IMG/VR virus record: IMGVR_UViG_3300037424_001177
Coordinates: 1-64,000 of that record
Reading direction: 5' to 3' (one strand)
DNA from: a virus
Length of the DNA stretch: 64,000 bases
Part shown: positions 9,387 through 18,653 of the stretch, piece by piece
Layout of the letters: every line of letters begins with the position of its first letter
Position numbering within the stretch: the first letter of the stretch is position 1
Translations under genes and position numbers: made by a program
The notes under the pieces: model-generated
Told to the model about the DNA's origin: nothing
The model's input: the letters and a program-made list of their open reading frames with translations, nothing else
The model's database searches: none

Positions 9387-9707
9387 CTAAGCGATAGCCT
9401 GACGCGGGAACCGAGCAGGACCCCACGTGGTTTCGATTCTGGGAGGCTTTCGAACGCTCTGCCACACTGGCGGAGGTCCTGAGGCTTCGACGCTCAGAAG
9501 CTGCCGTGAGAGGCCTTTCTGAGCGTCGAAGCCTACCTGTGTGACACGGAAGATTCCTACAACGTCGAGTCGCCACCAACGTCGATCAACCTGACGGGTG
9601 ATCTGGAACTTCAACGCAAGGCTCTCCGCTACGCGAAGCGGAGCGGGTAACTCGATGAGCACGGTGGGATCCCACTTAACATCCGACAGCTTCATTCGAC
9701 TGAGCAT
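9387..9707 (-). CDS. Hypothetical protein
   Basis: Co-oriented with the ASCH cluster; GGTGT motif 17 nt upstream. Confidence 0.55.
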   Translation of the reverse strand: MLSRMKLSDVKWDPTVLIELPAPLRVAESLALKFQITRQVDRRWWRLDVVGIFRVTQVGFDAQKGLSRQLLSVEASGPPPVWQSVRKPPRIETTWGPARFPRQAIA

Positions 9708-9759
9708 CTTCACTCACCTACACCAACAGAAGTCCAAACCTCTTCCGACCATCCGACCA

Positions 9760-10370
9760 AAAAGATCTCCTTGTCCAACAGGTCCGAGCCGGTGTAGTGG
9801 TCCTCTAGGAGTTAACAGGATCTCCTATCAACCGTCAGCTGTTTGAGAGCACAATGAACGTCGGGTCACTTCATCACACTAAGGACGTCAAAAAAATCCA
9901 ACTGACCGAAGATCCATCCATCCGATGGATCATGAGTGGATTGGGTAATGTGTCGATCCCACAGACTCCCAACCTAAGCTGTTCACAAGGACGAGATCAA
10001 CTGACAGCTAGTACTCAAGTAGTGGAGCATGATCTATTGCTATCTCTCAGCAACAGATCATCAAGATCAAATGAACAGAATCCCTGTAGGGATTCTTCCA
10101 TGATCCTAGATCATGGTCCATGCTCACTCAGATCATGATCATTTCGATCTTCGGATATTCTCTCACGAAGTTCGGTACCCCGAAAATAGTAGCAACTCAA
10201 ATCATACTAACTCAATAACTACTGCTTCAAATCATACTGCTGCAAATCATACTAACGCTTCAACAATCAATAATGAAAACTCAGTAAATCCTGAAAGCTC
10301 AAATCCAGAAACTCGTAACTCAGCAAGTAGTAGCAATCGCAATCCTCGTACTAGCAATCCTCATAGTAGT
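9760..10370. other. Non-coding GATC cluster plus A/C-rich direct repeats; candidate replication origin
   Basis: 14 GATC sites between 9764 and 10149; CAAATCATACT x3; TAGCAA(T/C) x3; G-poor + strand. Confidence 0.5.
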
Positions 10371-10410
10371 GATGCCGGTGATGAAGACGGAGCCCGTTGG
10401 GGACAGAGAG

Positions 10411-10926
10411 TCAATGACCTCTCATGGATGGAGAGACAGACTTGGGTGGTGAAGAGAGAGTGTGTGGAAGGTAGCTGATCGCAAGTGTAGGAAAGGAGGC
10501 AACAAACGACCAATGAATGCTGTTGGTGGAAGGTAGCTGATAGCTTGAACTAAGCAGAAGGGCCCGTTGGAAGCACAGGAAGGCTTCCTGGTTGGACGAT
10601 AGTGCGTCCTGGTTGATCGGGAATTGAATGGATGATCGAGCCAAAGCTTGAATGGCTCGCTTCCAGTGATCGAGAGCCATGAGGTGGAGTGCTTTACCTG
10701 CTTCGTGGGGTTTTCCTATTTTGTCGATGGTAGGAAGAGGGTCAGAGCCTGCTGCCCAAAGGATCCAAGCTTTGGCGAGCAGACCGAAGACCTTCTGATC
10801 GTGAGGACTCGAAGGGATCAAGAACGCAGGCTGGTCCACCTGTGTGGTGAAGAGTTTGTTCTGAGCCGCTTGGACTAGTTCTCGTTGAGCTAGCTCGAAT
10901 CGTGATTCACTTGGGCTTGTAGGCAT
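10411..10926 (-). CDS. Hypothetical helical protein
   Basis: ORF with an SD-like AGGTGAG before MPTSPSES. Confidence 0.6.
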   Translation of the reverse strand: MPTSPSESRFELAQRELVQAAQNKLFTTQVDQPAFLIPSSPHDQKVFGLLAKAWILWAAGSDPLPTIDKIGKPHEAGKALHLMALDHWKRAIQALARSSIQFPINQDALSSNQEAFLCFQRALLLSSSYQLPSTNSIHWSFVASFPTLAISYLPHTLSSPPKSVSPSMRGH

Positions 10927-11109
10927 TTTCTCACCTGTTGATGAAGAACAACTCCTGTGGGATTTCTGTGGACAGGACATCAACCCTGTTTAATGAAATA
11001 GTGTGGTTCATCGATTTTGGATTGACGTTGTCAGTCACTGTCCTGTAACTCGAAAACCCTGTCGGAGACTGCACACTCCGACTAGCTCTTGCTCTCAGGG
11101 AATTTTCGA

Positions 11110-12288
11110 ATGGCTGGGATTCCACAAAACTACTCGGAACTGAAGGCTCTACATGGTGGTTGGTTAGAAGAAGAGGCACGCAAGATAGGGTGCTCGCTCG
11201 ATTACTTGATCAGTGAGCTTGAACGGCTTCAGACCTTGGAGCGTTTTGACTCTTCTCGGCACCTTCCTCGTGCCATGTCACACACCGAGACGATCAACTA
11301 CCTGGGGCTGTCGCCGCACCAGTGGTTTCGTTTGACTCAAATGACTCTGCGGGACCCTGATTGGACCGAGGTCCGACCCAATCTCGTTGAGGGGGTGAGA
11401 CTCTGTTCGAGGCAGACCATCTATTGGGGACCGGACATCGTTCGCATCGAAAGCCGGATCCACCTCTCAAGGCTCCCTAGAAGGACCCGGATCTTACCAG
11501 GAGCCGTTCTCGAGGCTTTTTGTCGCCACGTGAGGATCAGGCTGTTCCTGGTCTGGAAGTGGCCCTCTGGGCTTCCTAAGAACAATACTCAGGTGGTTTC
11601 GTCGTATGGTGGGTTCGTCAAGTCGTTGGTAGCCAAGATGACCCGGGCGTGTGGGGAGTCATTGAACGAGTTTGTGCAGGATGTCTGGTGCCGACTCCTG
11701 AGTGCGAAATGCTTGGATCGCTATGTCGATGCTATCAAGGTCAGACCAAGCAGGACGGTTGGCGTCGCCGAGATCCTTTCTGCGTTGTCAATCACTCGGA
11801 TCCAATGGCGTCAGGCTCTCTGGAAGTCGAAGCGGGATCCAACGTATTGGATCCCGCGACCGGTAGAGGGTCGCCTCTTTTCTTTGAAAGCCCGTTACTT
11901 GGTGCTCGACATTGAGACACTTGCCAAGTCTTCCTATTTTGTTCGCGACTTCAGTCCCAAAGCGCCTCTTTGGGTGGCGAAGCAGGACAATTCGATCATT
12001 CAAGGTTTCAGGAGCTACCTGTCACGAGCTGTGATAAATCATCTGAAGAACGTTTTTCGGACACGAGATCGCCGTCACAAAGAGCGACCGTTGTCAGGGG
12101 ACGCGTTGGTTGTGTTGACAGATCAGGGAACACACGAAACACGTCTTGAAGACTCCTCTTCGTCGTGGGACCAACAATTTGCTGACAGAGAGGATATTCC
12201 GTCGGACGTCTACCTCTCTGCCATCGAAGAGGTCCAGAACCGCGTTGGATGCGAACGGCTTGAGGATCTTGTTGTGTCCTTTCGGTAG
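11110..12288 (+). CDS. Sigma-70 region-2-like protein, internally duplicated, no region 4
   Basis: EFVQDVWCRLL and FRSYLSRAVINHLKNVFR resemble ECF sigma regions 2.2 and 2.3-2.4; an approximately 150-aa unit occurs twice. Confidence 0.65.
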   Translation: MAGIPQNYSELKALHGGWLEEEARKIGCSLDYLISELERLQTLERFDSSRHLPRAMSHTETINYLGLSPHQWFRLTQMTLRDPDWTEVRPNLVEGVRLCSRQTIYWGPDIVRIESRIHLSRLPRRTRILPGAVLEAFCRHVRIRLFLVWKWPSGLPKNNTQVVSSYGGFVKSLVAKMTRACGESLNEFVQDVWCRLLSAKCLDRYVDAIKVRPSRTVGVAEILSALSITRIQWRQALWKSKRDPTYWIPRPVEGRLFSLKARYLVLDIETLAKSSYFVRDFSPKAPLWVAKQDNSIIQGFRSYLSRAVINHLKNVFRTRDRRHKERPLSGDALVVLTDQGTHETRLEDSSSSWDQQFADREDIPSDVYLSAIEEVQNRVGCERLEDLVVSFR

Positions 12289-12290
12289 TT

Positions 12291-13058
12291 GTGACGACTC
12301 GGCTACTCATTGCTCGGGCTTCGCGCGTAAGCGTTACGCTTTACCGAGCACTACCGTGGGGGTATCGAGTCGCTCAGGTCTTCCTGGTCTTTGCTGCGGA
12401 TCTGGCTGACACGATTGGCCGAACTACGTACGCTCTCTTTTTGAATAGCGGCGTCGTGATGGATCCACCGCCCAACGTAACTTTTGGCACCAAGGTCGAT
12501 CCCACGCGACTACCCTCTGGCTATGGACGTAGCTTCGGTCAACGCGTTTACAAAATGTTGTTGATGAAGGCAAAGGATCCAGAGCTTGTCCAAGAAATTT
12601 TGTCACAGCTGTTGTTGAGGATATCAGATGGTCGTGTTCAGCCGAGAGCTGGCGTCGAGCTACGTGAAGCAGAGTCTTTCATTTTCAAGATTACACACAA
12701 TCTCCTAGTGGATGCGATTCGCAGCGGAAGAAGTCGGCGGGAAGAATCGATGGACGCGGTTCACGGTAGACGTCGGTGGAAAGACCCTGACGTAGACGTG
12801 GCCATCGACATCGATATCAATGATACTACAGATGCCTTTCAGGCTCTCGACAATTTGCTTCCTCGACATGTCGTCAAGGGGATTTTGGATGACCTATCTA
12901 AGATCAACAAACGTGCGCCAGAGTGGTTTCTTGCGAAGCTCGATGGTCTGACTGATCAGGAACTCGCTGAGGTGTGGGGTATGGACCGGTCGTATCCTCA
13001 CCAGTGGTTGAAAAAACATCAACCACGGATCGAGAAAGTGATTCAACGTCACATCTAG
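12291..13058 (+). CDS. ECF-like sigma-70 family factor
   Basis: DPELVQEILSQLLL, FIFKITHNLLVDAIR (region 2); DGLTDQELAEVWGM (region 4 HTH). Confidence 0.8.
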   Translation: MTTRLLIARASRVSVTLYRALPWGYRVAQVFLVFAADLADTIGRTTYALFLNSGVVMDPPPNVTFGTKVDPTRLPSGYGRSFGQRVYKMLLMKAKDPELVQEILSQLLLRISDGRVQPRAGVELREAESFIFKITHNLLVDAIRSGRSRREESMDAVHGRRRWKDPDVDVAIDIDINDTTDAFQALDNLLPRHVVKGILDDLSKINKRAPEWFLAKLDGLTDQELAEVWGMDRSYPHQWLKKHQPRIEKVIQRHI

Positions 13059-13061
13059 CTG

Positions 13062-13613
13062 TTACCAGGTGAAGTTGTGTTCCGCTTTGCGGGTACGCAT
13101 CCGAGCAATGATCCAAGGGCCGTGCATGTGTGAGCAATACACTCCGCCGGCCCAACGCTTGCGATCATAATCTGAGAGATCGTGCTTAGCCCGATCTTGT
13201 CGACATTTGATGTTGAACGACGCAGCGGACTTCATCGCAATCTGGTGTTCACCCCAGGTCGGTGCGTGGGACATCACCCAGACCATGTAATCGACAAAAC
13301 CTTCCTCGTAGAACATGTCACCTTCAGGGAAGTCTGCGAGGCTTGCGTGTGTCAACTCGTGTGTCAGCTTCTCGAGCGTGATCCCAGGTAAATGATCCGT
13401 GACGGATCGTGAAAGACAGATCTGCCCTGTGTCGGGATGGAACGACGCATTGGCTCCGCTTGCGTGCAGAGCGTCTGACAGGTTGAGGATTTCAGGTAAC
13501 GGTTCCTTCTGATAAGGTCCAAGGGCGTCTCGTACGAAGTCGTAACATGTGGAGGCCCATGTCGAGACGAACGAATCCCAATCATTTCCGTAGATGCGGC
13601 AGACGAATTTCAT
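13062..13613 (-). CDS. Zincin-like metallopeptidase
   Basis: LTHELTHASL followed by EEGFVDY. Confidence 0.75.
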   Translation of the reverse strand: MKFVCRIYGNDWDSFVSTWASTCYDFVRDALGPYQKEPLPEILNLSDALHASGANASFHPDTGQICLSRSVTDHLPGITLEKLTHELTHASLADFPEGDMFYEEGFVDYMVWVMSHAPTWGEHQIAMKSAASFNIKCRQDRAKHDLSDYDRKRWAGGVYCSHMHGPWIIARMRTRKAEHNFTW

Positions 13614-13640
13614 CTCGAGAATTTGGATTCGACAAGTGAA

Positions 13641-13892
13641 TTAGACGAGAACACCCGTCTTTGGACTGTGGAGACGCCAGTGTCGTAGTTGCCTTACTGA
13701 GGCATCCGCTATTTTGATCGCTCTAGCTGTGAGTTCAGGTCGTGTTTCTTGGTCGAGACTTTCAAGCACATCATCTAACGTTCGACTGTTTTCGTTTGAG
13801 ACGGCGTAGACTTCTTTTACGAACGCGATCGTAAATGCGGTGTCCCATGAGTACTGCTCTTCGCGTGTGAGCGGGAACTGTGAGGGCGGCAT
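13641..13892 (-). CDS. Hypothetical protein
   Basis: 83-aa ORF tiling upstream of the zincin gene. Confidence 0.55.
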   Translation of the reverse strand: MPPSQFPLTREEQYSWDTAFTIAFVKEVYAVSNENSRTLDDVLESLDQETRPELTARAIKIADASVRQLRHWRLHSPKTGVLV

Positions 13893-13914
13893 TTCTAGTT
13901 TTGATGAGACAGCA

Positions 13915-15204
13915 ATGGATTACGAAAATCAAATCGTACTCGGTGAATGTCTGCCGACTCTTAAGGGGCTTCCTAGTAACACCTTCGACTCGGCGGTTTT
14001 CGATCCGCCTTACGGTTTAGGTAAGGAGCCGAGCCCGGAACAGATCCTTGCTTACTTAAAAGGAGCGGATCTCAAGACGGGTGACTTCGCAGGTCGCAAG
14101 TGGGACATCCCGTCAATCCCTACGTGGCACGAGATCTTTCGAGTCGTGAAGCCGGGCGCTCACGTTTTATTTTTCGGTGGTTCACGAACTTGGGACTTGT
14201 TGTCGATGGGCGCTCGCTTTGCAGGGTTTCAATTTCGAGACACGATCGCTGACCATTCTAGCGGGCTCGTGTGGATCCAGAGTCAAGGAATGCCCAAAAG
14301 CAAAACACTGCCAGGCCACCCTGGTCTTGGCACAGGATTGAAACCTGTGTGGGAACCGATCTTGGTTTGTCGCAAGCCTCTCATCGGCACACTTGCCGAG
14401 AACGTTTCGGAGTACGGCACGGGCGGGATCAACATCGATGCTGCCCGTGTTCGTCACGCGAGTCGCAAGGACTTTGAAGAGCATCGCCAACAGGTCGAGG
14501 AGATCAAACGACGTGGCGGAGTACGTCGAAACTCGTGGAAGAATTCGTCTGATTTGTCAGGAGCCAATGATGTCAAGGAAGAGGGGCGTTGGCCTCCTAA
14601 TTGTTTGTTTGAACATGCTCCAGGCTGTGAACAGACAGGAATGACGGAAGTCGCTCCTCATGCACAAGGAGCTGCACGTTTTCAAAAAACGTCGGGCGGC
14701 ACGTTCTCGTCAGCTTACGGCAACCAGATGGCTTCAGATCAACCTGAGACATTGATTGTTTGGAAGTGTGTTGAAGGTTGTCCCGTTCGAACTTTGGAGG
14801 AGCAACGACCGACGGAAGAGAAGACAGGCTCCTTGTCTTATGGTGATGCCCCTGTGTCGCGGTTCTATCACCAGTTCGAGTCCCCATTGCGTTACGTCCC
14901 CAAGGCGTCTGATCGTGAAGCAACGCTTGACGGTCAGGTTGAGAACCTTCATCCGACGCGAAAACCTGTCAAATTGATCCGTTGGTTGGTCAAGTTGTCG
15001 ACGCCGAAGCACGGTTTGACGCTAGACCCGTACTGTGGATCGGGGACGACATTGGTTGCGGCCTTGGAAGAAGACGTACGATTCTTCGGAATTGAACGCG
15101 ACAAGGACTCCTACATGACAGCGTGTGGGCGAGTGCGATTGACTCGTGAACGTCTTGAAGCGACAAAAGCCCAAGAAGTTGATTTTCTTAGCCTCATCGG
15201 TTGA
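13915..15204 (+). CDS. N6-A/N4-C DNA methyltransferase (beta class)
   Basis: DPPY, LKPVWEPI, GRWPPN, HPTRKP, LDPYCGSGTT. Confidence 0.93.
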   Translation: MDYENQIVLGECLPTLKGLPSNTFDSAVFDPPYGLGKEPSPEQILAYLKGADLKTGDFAGRKWDIPSIPTWHEIFRVVKPGAHVLFFGGSRTWDLLSMGARFAGFQFRDTIADHSSGLVWIQSQGMPKSKTLPGHPGLGTGLKPVWEPILVCRKPLIGTLAENVSEYGTGGINIDAARVRHASRKDFEEHRQQVEEIKRRGGVRRNSWKNSSDLSGANDVKEEGRWPPNCLFEHAPGCEQTGMTEVAPHAQGAARFQKTSGGTFSSAYGNQMASDQPETLIVWKCVEGCPVRTLEEQRPTEEKTGSLSYGDAPVSRFYHQFESPLRYVPKASDREATLDGQVENLHPTRKPVKLIRWLVKLSTPKHGLTLDPYCGSGTTLVAALEEDVRFFGIERDKDSYMTACGRVRLTRERLEATKAQEVDFLSLIG

Positions 15205-15214
15205 TCTGTTTTTG
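15203..15214 (+). promoter_or_regulatory. Late-type promoter-like motif
   Basis: GATCTGTTTTTG begins 26 nt before ATG 15229. Confidence 0.45.
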
Positions 15215-15228
15215 AACATAGCTTGTTG

Positions 15229-15957
15229 ATGTCCCAGTTGCAAAACGCTTCAGGTCTCTCAGCACAATTCGACCTTGGAACGCCGGTTTCTCCTGGCACC
15301 CCTTGGTCGACACCAACGTGGGCTGGCTCTAGGGTTGGATCAAATCAAGCGTTTCGGGCTTTACCTGGTGTGATTGAAAATCGTGAGGGTGCTGGCGTAT
15401 TTTCGCTGCTTGGTCGTTTCGCAGGATCACGTGGCACCCTTTCGGTGAACTTCGTAGTGGGTTCTCCAGGGGTCCAACGTTTTGTTGCGTTCTTGACGGA
15501 CGTGCCTTCTGCGCCGGTCAACTATTTGGGTATCGGGCTCACCACGGACAATCGACCGTTTGCTCGGATTCGAAATTCAGCGGGTGTCGAAGTCGCTAAC
15601 GTCGTTGCGCCTTTGATCTTCGAAGTGGGGGCGGTTGTGTCTGCGACATTGTTTTGGAACTCGGCTGCTGCTATTTCTGGAACACGCTTCGCAAGCTTTT
15701 TGGTCGGCCCCTCCACGATGTCTGTGTGGACTACTGATCCTCAATCATTGTGGACGCCATTCAATGCTGCCAATTTGATTTCAGGTGGACGCAGTTTTGG
15801 TCCCTACTCGGATTACAACGGACAAGTCTTGAATGTTCAAGTTTCGAGCAATGTGGTTCTTCCAAGTGGTGCTTCGGTGATCGGTTCTTTGCCACTTGAT
15901 CGTCAAGCTTCAGATAGTGTGTCCATAGCGGAGAGCGTGACGCCGCTTATTTCTTGA
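15229..15957 (+). CDS. Beta-rich probable virion protein
   Basis: S/G/V/T-rich, low charge, lectin/LamG-like pattern. Confidence 0.55.
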   Translation: MSQLQNASGLSAQFDLGTPVSPGTPWSTPTWAGSRVGSNQAFRALPGVIENREGAGVFSLLGRFAGSRGTLSVNFVVGSPGVQRFVAFLTDVPSAPVNYLGIGLTTDNRPFARIRNSAGVEVANVVAPLIFEVGAVVSATLFWNSAAAISGTRFASFLVGPSTMSVWTTDPQSLWTPFNAANLISGGRSFGPYSDYNGQVLNVQVSSNVVLPSGASVIGSLPLDRQASDSVSIAESVTPLIS

Positions 15958-15958
15958 G

Positions 15959-16177
15959 ATGGTACGCACCTACTTGTTGTCTGGTGGGATCGCGCTAGCT
16001 GTGTACTATCGCGGCCTCGATTTCAATGATGTGGTTGCTCATCAGTACTACTTGGGTCGTGCCTACGTAGTGACGATGGATCCGCCACCTGAATCGCTTG
16101 TTCAAATGTCGTTTGACGGCGTGGAATTGGCTTTGGCTGGTCGTTGGTTGAAAGGCGAGGACATCGACTCGACTTAG
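15959..16177 (+). CDS. Hypothetical protein
   Basis: Tiles between neighbours. Confidence 0.55.
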   Translation: MVRTYLLSGGIALAVYYRGLDFNDVVAHQYYLGRAYVVTMDPPPESLVQMSFDGVELALAGRWLKGEDIDST

Positions 16178-16182
16178 ATTTC

Positions 16183-16192
16183 GGTGTTCTGT
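16183..16192 (+). promoter_or_regulatory. GGTGT-class promoter-like motif (groEL)
   Basis: GGTGTTCTGT begins 18 nt before the ATG; no SD. Confidence 0.55.
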
Positions 16193-16200
16193 GTCTTGTT

Positions 16201-17808
16201 ATGCCTATTCGCTTTGGGTCAGATGCGCGTTCGAAGTTGTTGAGTGGGATTGACCAGCTGGCGAGAGCTGTCGCAGTAACGCTCGGTCCCAGGGGTAGAA
16301 CAGTCTGTCTTCAGAAGACGTTTGGTCTTCCTCTGGTGACGAAGGACGGGGTGTCGGTTGCCAAAGAGATCTCGTTACCTGATCCGTGGGAGGAGATGGG
16401 CGCTCGGCTTCTCGTGGACGTCGCGTCACAAACCAGTGACGATGTCGGGGACGGGACAACTACTTCCATTGTCTTGGCCCAGTATTTGTGTAAACGCGGT
16501 GCGGCGTTGGTAGCTGCCGGAGTGGCTCCTGTGTCCCTAAAGCGTGGAATGGATTGTGCGTTGGAGGCAATTCTCTGGGCACTTGCAGAGCGAACACGAT
16601 CCGTTGAGGGCCAAGAAGACATTGAAAAAATTGCAACGGTGTGTGCAAACGGCGATCACGATCTCGGACACATGGTGGCCGAAGCTGTCGTGAAAGTTGG
16701 ACAGAACGGGATCGTCAACGTCGAAGAGGGGCGAGGGACCAAGACTGAACTTGTCACTGTTGACGGTACTCAAATCGATCGTGGTTGGGCGCACTCAGAG
16801 TTTGCAGTAGACGGTGCGGATATTGTTTATGACAACCCGTACATCTTGGTGACGGATTGGGGTGTCTCAGCTTGTCTTCCGTTGCTGCCGCTTTTGAATG
16901 CCGTCATCACTGAGAATCGTGCATTGGTAGTCTTTGCTCCTGATTTCACAGGTGAAGCATTGCCGCTGTTCTTGCAGAACTTCAAGTCAGGTCAGCTCAA
17001 GGCAGTTTTGGTCAAGGCTCCGAGTCACGGCATATTTCAATCCGATGCACTCGAGGACCTTGCCATCATGACTGGCGCAACTTTCATTTCCAAACAACAA
17101 GGAATGACATTTTCCTGTTTCAAGAAGGACCCTTTACAATACGTCGGATCTGCTAGTCGTGTGACTGTGACTTCGAAGGTGACCACCATCTTGTGTGGTG
17201 AGGGCAAGCCCGAAGTGGTCGACAATCGAATCGCGACGCTGCTTGCGGAGGCGGATCGTTGCGGTTCGGAGTATGATGCAGATCGTTTGCGCGAACGTGT
17301 AGGTCGTTTGCAAGGAGGTGTCTGCATCATCAAAGTGGGGGCCTTCACCGAGTACGAAATGAAGGAGCGAAAGGCCCGTATGGAGGACGCACTTTCGGCG
17401 GTTCGAGCCGCGATTGACGGTGGTGTGGTTTTGGGCGGGGGAGTTGCACTATTCCGTGCTGCATCGGCGTGTGATATATCGACGAAGGCCATGAATCTGC
17501 CTGAGGAACAACTGTTGGGTTATCGCTTGGTCATACGTGCGTGTGAAGCACCTCTTCGCAAACTCAATGAGAACGCTGGTGGTTCAGGTTCTGTTGCGGT
17601 TGCTCTAGTCCGAGACAGTGCCGATCCTCTCGGCTTGGACGTTACGGATGGTGTGTTGAAGGACTTTTGGGAAGCAGGTATTGTGGACCCTACACAAGTC
17701 GTTAGGGCTGCGTTGACGAACGCGGTTTCAGTGGCCGCGACTTGTTTGATGTCGGAAGTCCTTGTTCGAAAGCGTGTCGCTAAGCCATCTGCGACACCGT
17801 CGACGTGA
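16201..17808 (+). CDS. groEL: Group I chaperonin (GroEL-like)
   Basis: VTLGPRGR, TKDGVSVAKEI, GDGTTT, EDALSAVRAA, GGGVAL, GIVDP. Confidence 0.97.
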   Translation: MPIRFGSDARSKLLSGIDQLARAVAVTLGPRGRTVCLQKTFGLPLVTKDGVSVAKEISLPDPWEEMGARLLVDVASQTSDDVGDGTTTSIVLAQYLCKRGAALVAAGVAPVSLKRGMDCALEAILWALAERTRSVEGQEDIEKIATVCANGDHDLGHMVAEAVVKVGQNGIVNVEEGRGTKTELVTVDGTQIDRGWAHSEFAVDGADIVYDNPYILVTDWGVSACLPLLPLLNAVITENRALVVFAPDFTGEALPLFLQNFKSGQLKAVLVKAPSHGIFQSDALEDLAIMTGATFISKQQGMTFSCFKKDPLQYVGSASRVTVTSKVTTILCGEGKPEVVDNRIATLLAEADRCGSEYDADRLRERVGRLQGGVCIIKVGAFTEYEMKERKARMEDALSAVRAAIDGGVVLGGGVALFRAASACDISTKAMNLPEEQLLGYRLVIRACEAPLRKLNENAGGSGSVAVALVRDSADPLGLDVTDGVLKDFWEAGIVDPTQVVRAALTNAVSVAATCLMSEVLVRKRVAKPSATPST

Positions 17809-17812
17809 GGCC

Positions 17813-18193
17813 ATGGACAATCGGCTCTTCAAGATTGTCGATCGCCCAGTGCGACTACGGCAGTCTGATCTGCCGCTGTTGGCTCGCGGCTTGATGGCAG
17901 TCTTTTTGAAGAAGGGTACTGTCAAGACTGGGCATGTTCGCAATTTGAGTTACGTTCGCCTGGAGTTTGGCGGGCAACACATACAAATACTGGCTGAGGA
18001 CTGGGCCAAGATCGAACCTTACCTTGTTGACGACTCTTTCAGCCAACTGGTAGTCAAGTCACAGGCGGATGTGATTCGAATCAATCCGGAAGCGGTAATC
18101 CAGCCACCATTGTTGGATGTCGTCGACAGGCAATACTACTTGCGGGTGCTTGGTGTCTTACAGGGACTGTTCAATGAACCGATTGGGAATTGA
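17813..18193 (+). CDS. Hypothetical protein
   Basis: SD GAGG before the ATG. Confidence 0.6.
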   Translation: MDNRLFKIVDRPVRLRQSDLPLLARGLMAVFLKKGTVKTGHVRNLSYVRLEFGGQHIQILAEDWAKIEPYLVDDSFSQLVVKSQADVIRINPEAVIQPPLLDVVDRQYYLRVLGVLQGLFNEPIGN

Positions 18194-18231
18194 AGGCCCG
18201 AAACATATCCACAAACATCGTGAGGACACCC

Positions 18232-18447
18232 ATGCCTATTGACCCTGCTGGTACTACCCCTGGTATTGTGACTGAAAACCAAGAACCGGAAACCATTTCT
18301 GTGAAATGTCCGCGCGGTGGGTGTGATTCACAGGCGGCTGTGGAAATCAAGGTTGCAGCACCTGAGTACGTAGGCCGGCGCATGTATCGATGTGCGAAGT
18401 GTGGCCACACCTGGGGACTTGCTGTCGGTGGCCAGCTGAATATTTGA
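18232..18447 (+). CDS. Zinc-ribbon protein
   Basis: CPRGGC...YRCAKCGHTW. Confidence 0.65.
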   Translation: MPIDPAGTTPGIVTENQEPETISVKCPRGGCDSQAAVEIKVAAPEYVGRRMYRCAKCGHTWGLAVGGQLNI

Positions 18448-18452
18448 AGAGG

Positions 18453-18653
18453 ATGTCCGACCAGCAATTGATGTGTTTGAAGTGTCGTTGTCGTGACCTG
18501 GATCGATCGGGTCGTGAGCCCTATCGATTTATCTGCCGCGGGTGTGGACAGAACTACTTTGTGGTGTTGCAGATGGTTCCTGTCGACTCCGATGACGCTC
18601 GAGTTTTAGGTAACACATCACATGTCCCTGAACTCGGTACTCGAACAGGATAG
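18453..18653 (+). CDS. Zinc-ribbon protein
   Basis: CLKC...CRGCGQNY. Confidence 0.6.
   Translation: MSDQQLMCLKCRCRDLDRSGREPYRFICRGCGQNYFVVLQMVPVDSDDARVLGNTSHVPELGTRTG

Noticed and set aside
10113-10478. N/S/T-rich 121-aa ORF
   Set aside because: Its composition follows from the DNA repeats and it has no clear start signal. Treated as non-coding, though not excluded.
13915-15204. Methyltransferase as the Dam enzyme for the GATC cluster
   Set aside because: The motif order is beta class, unlike alpha-class Dam, and specificity cannot be read from the sequence.
18232-18447. TFIIS or RNA polymerase subunit zinc ribbon
   Set aside because: It lacks the acidic DE hairpin, and no multisubunit RNA polymerase genes are in the window.
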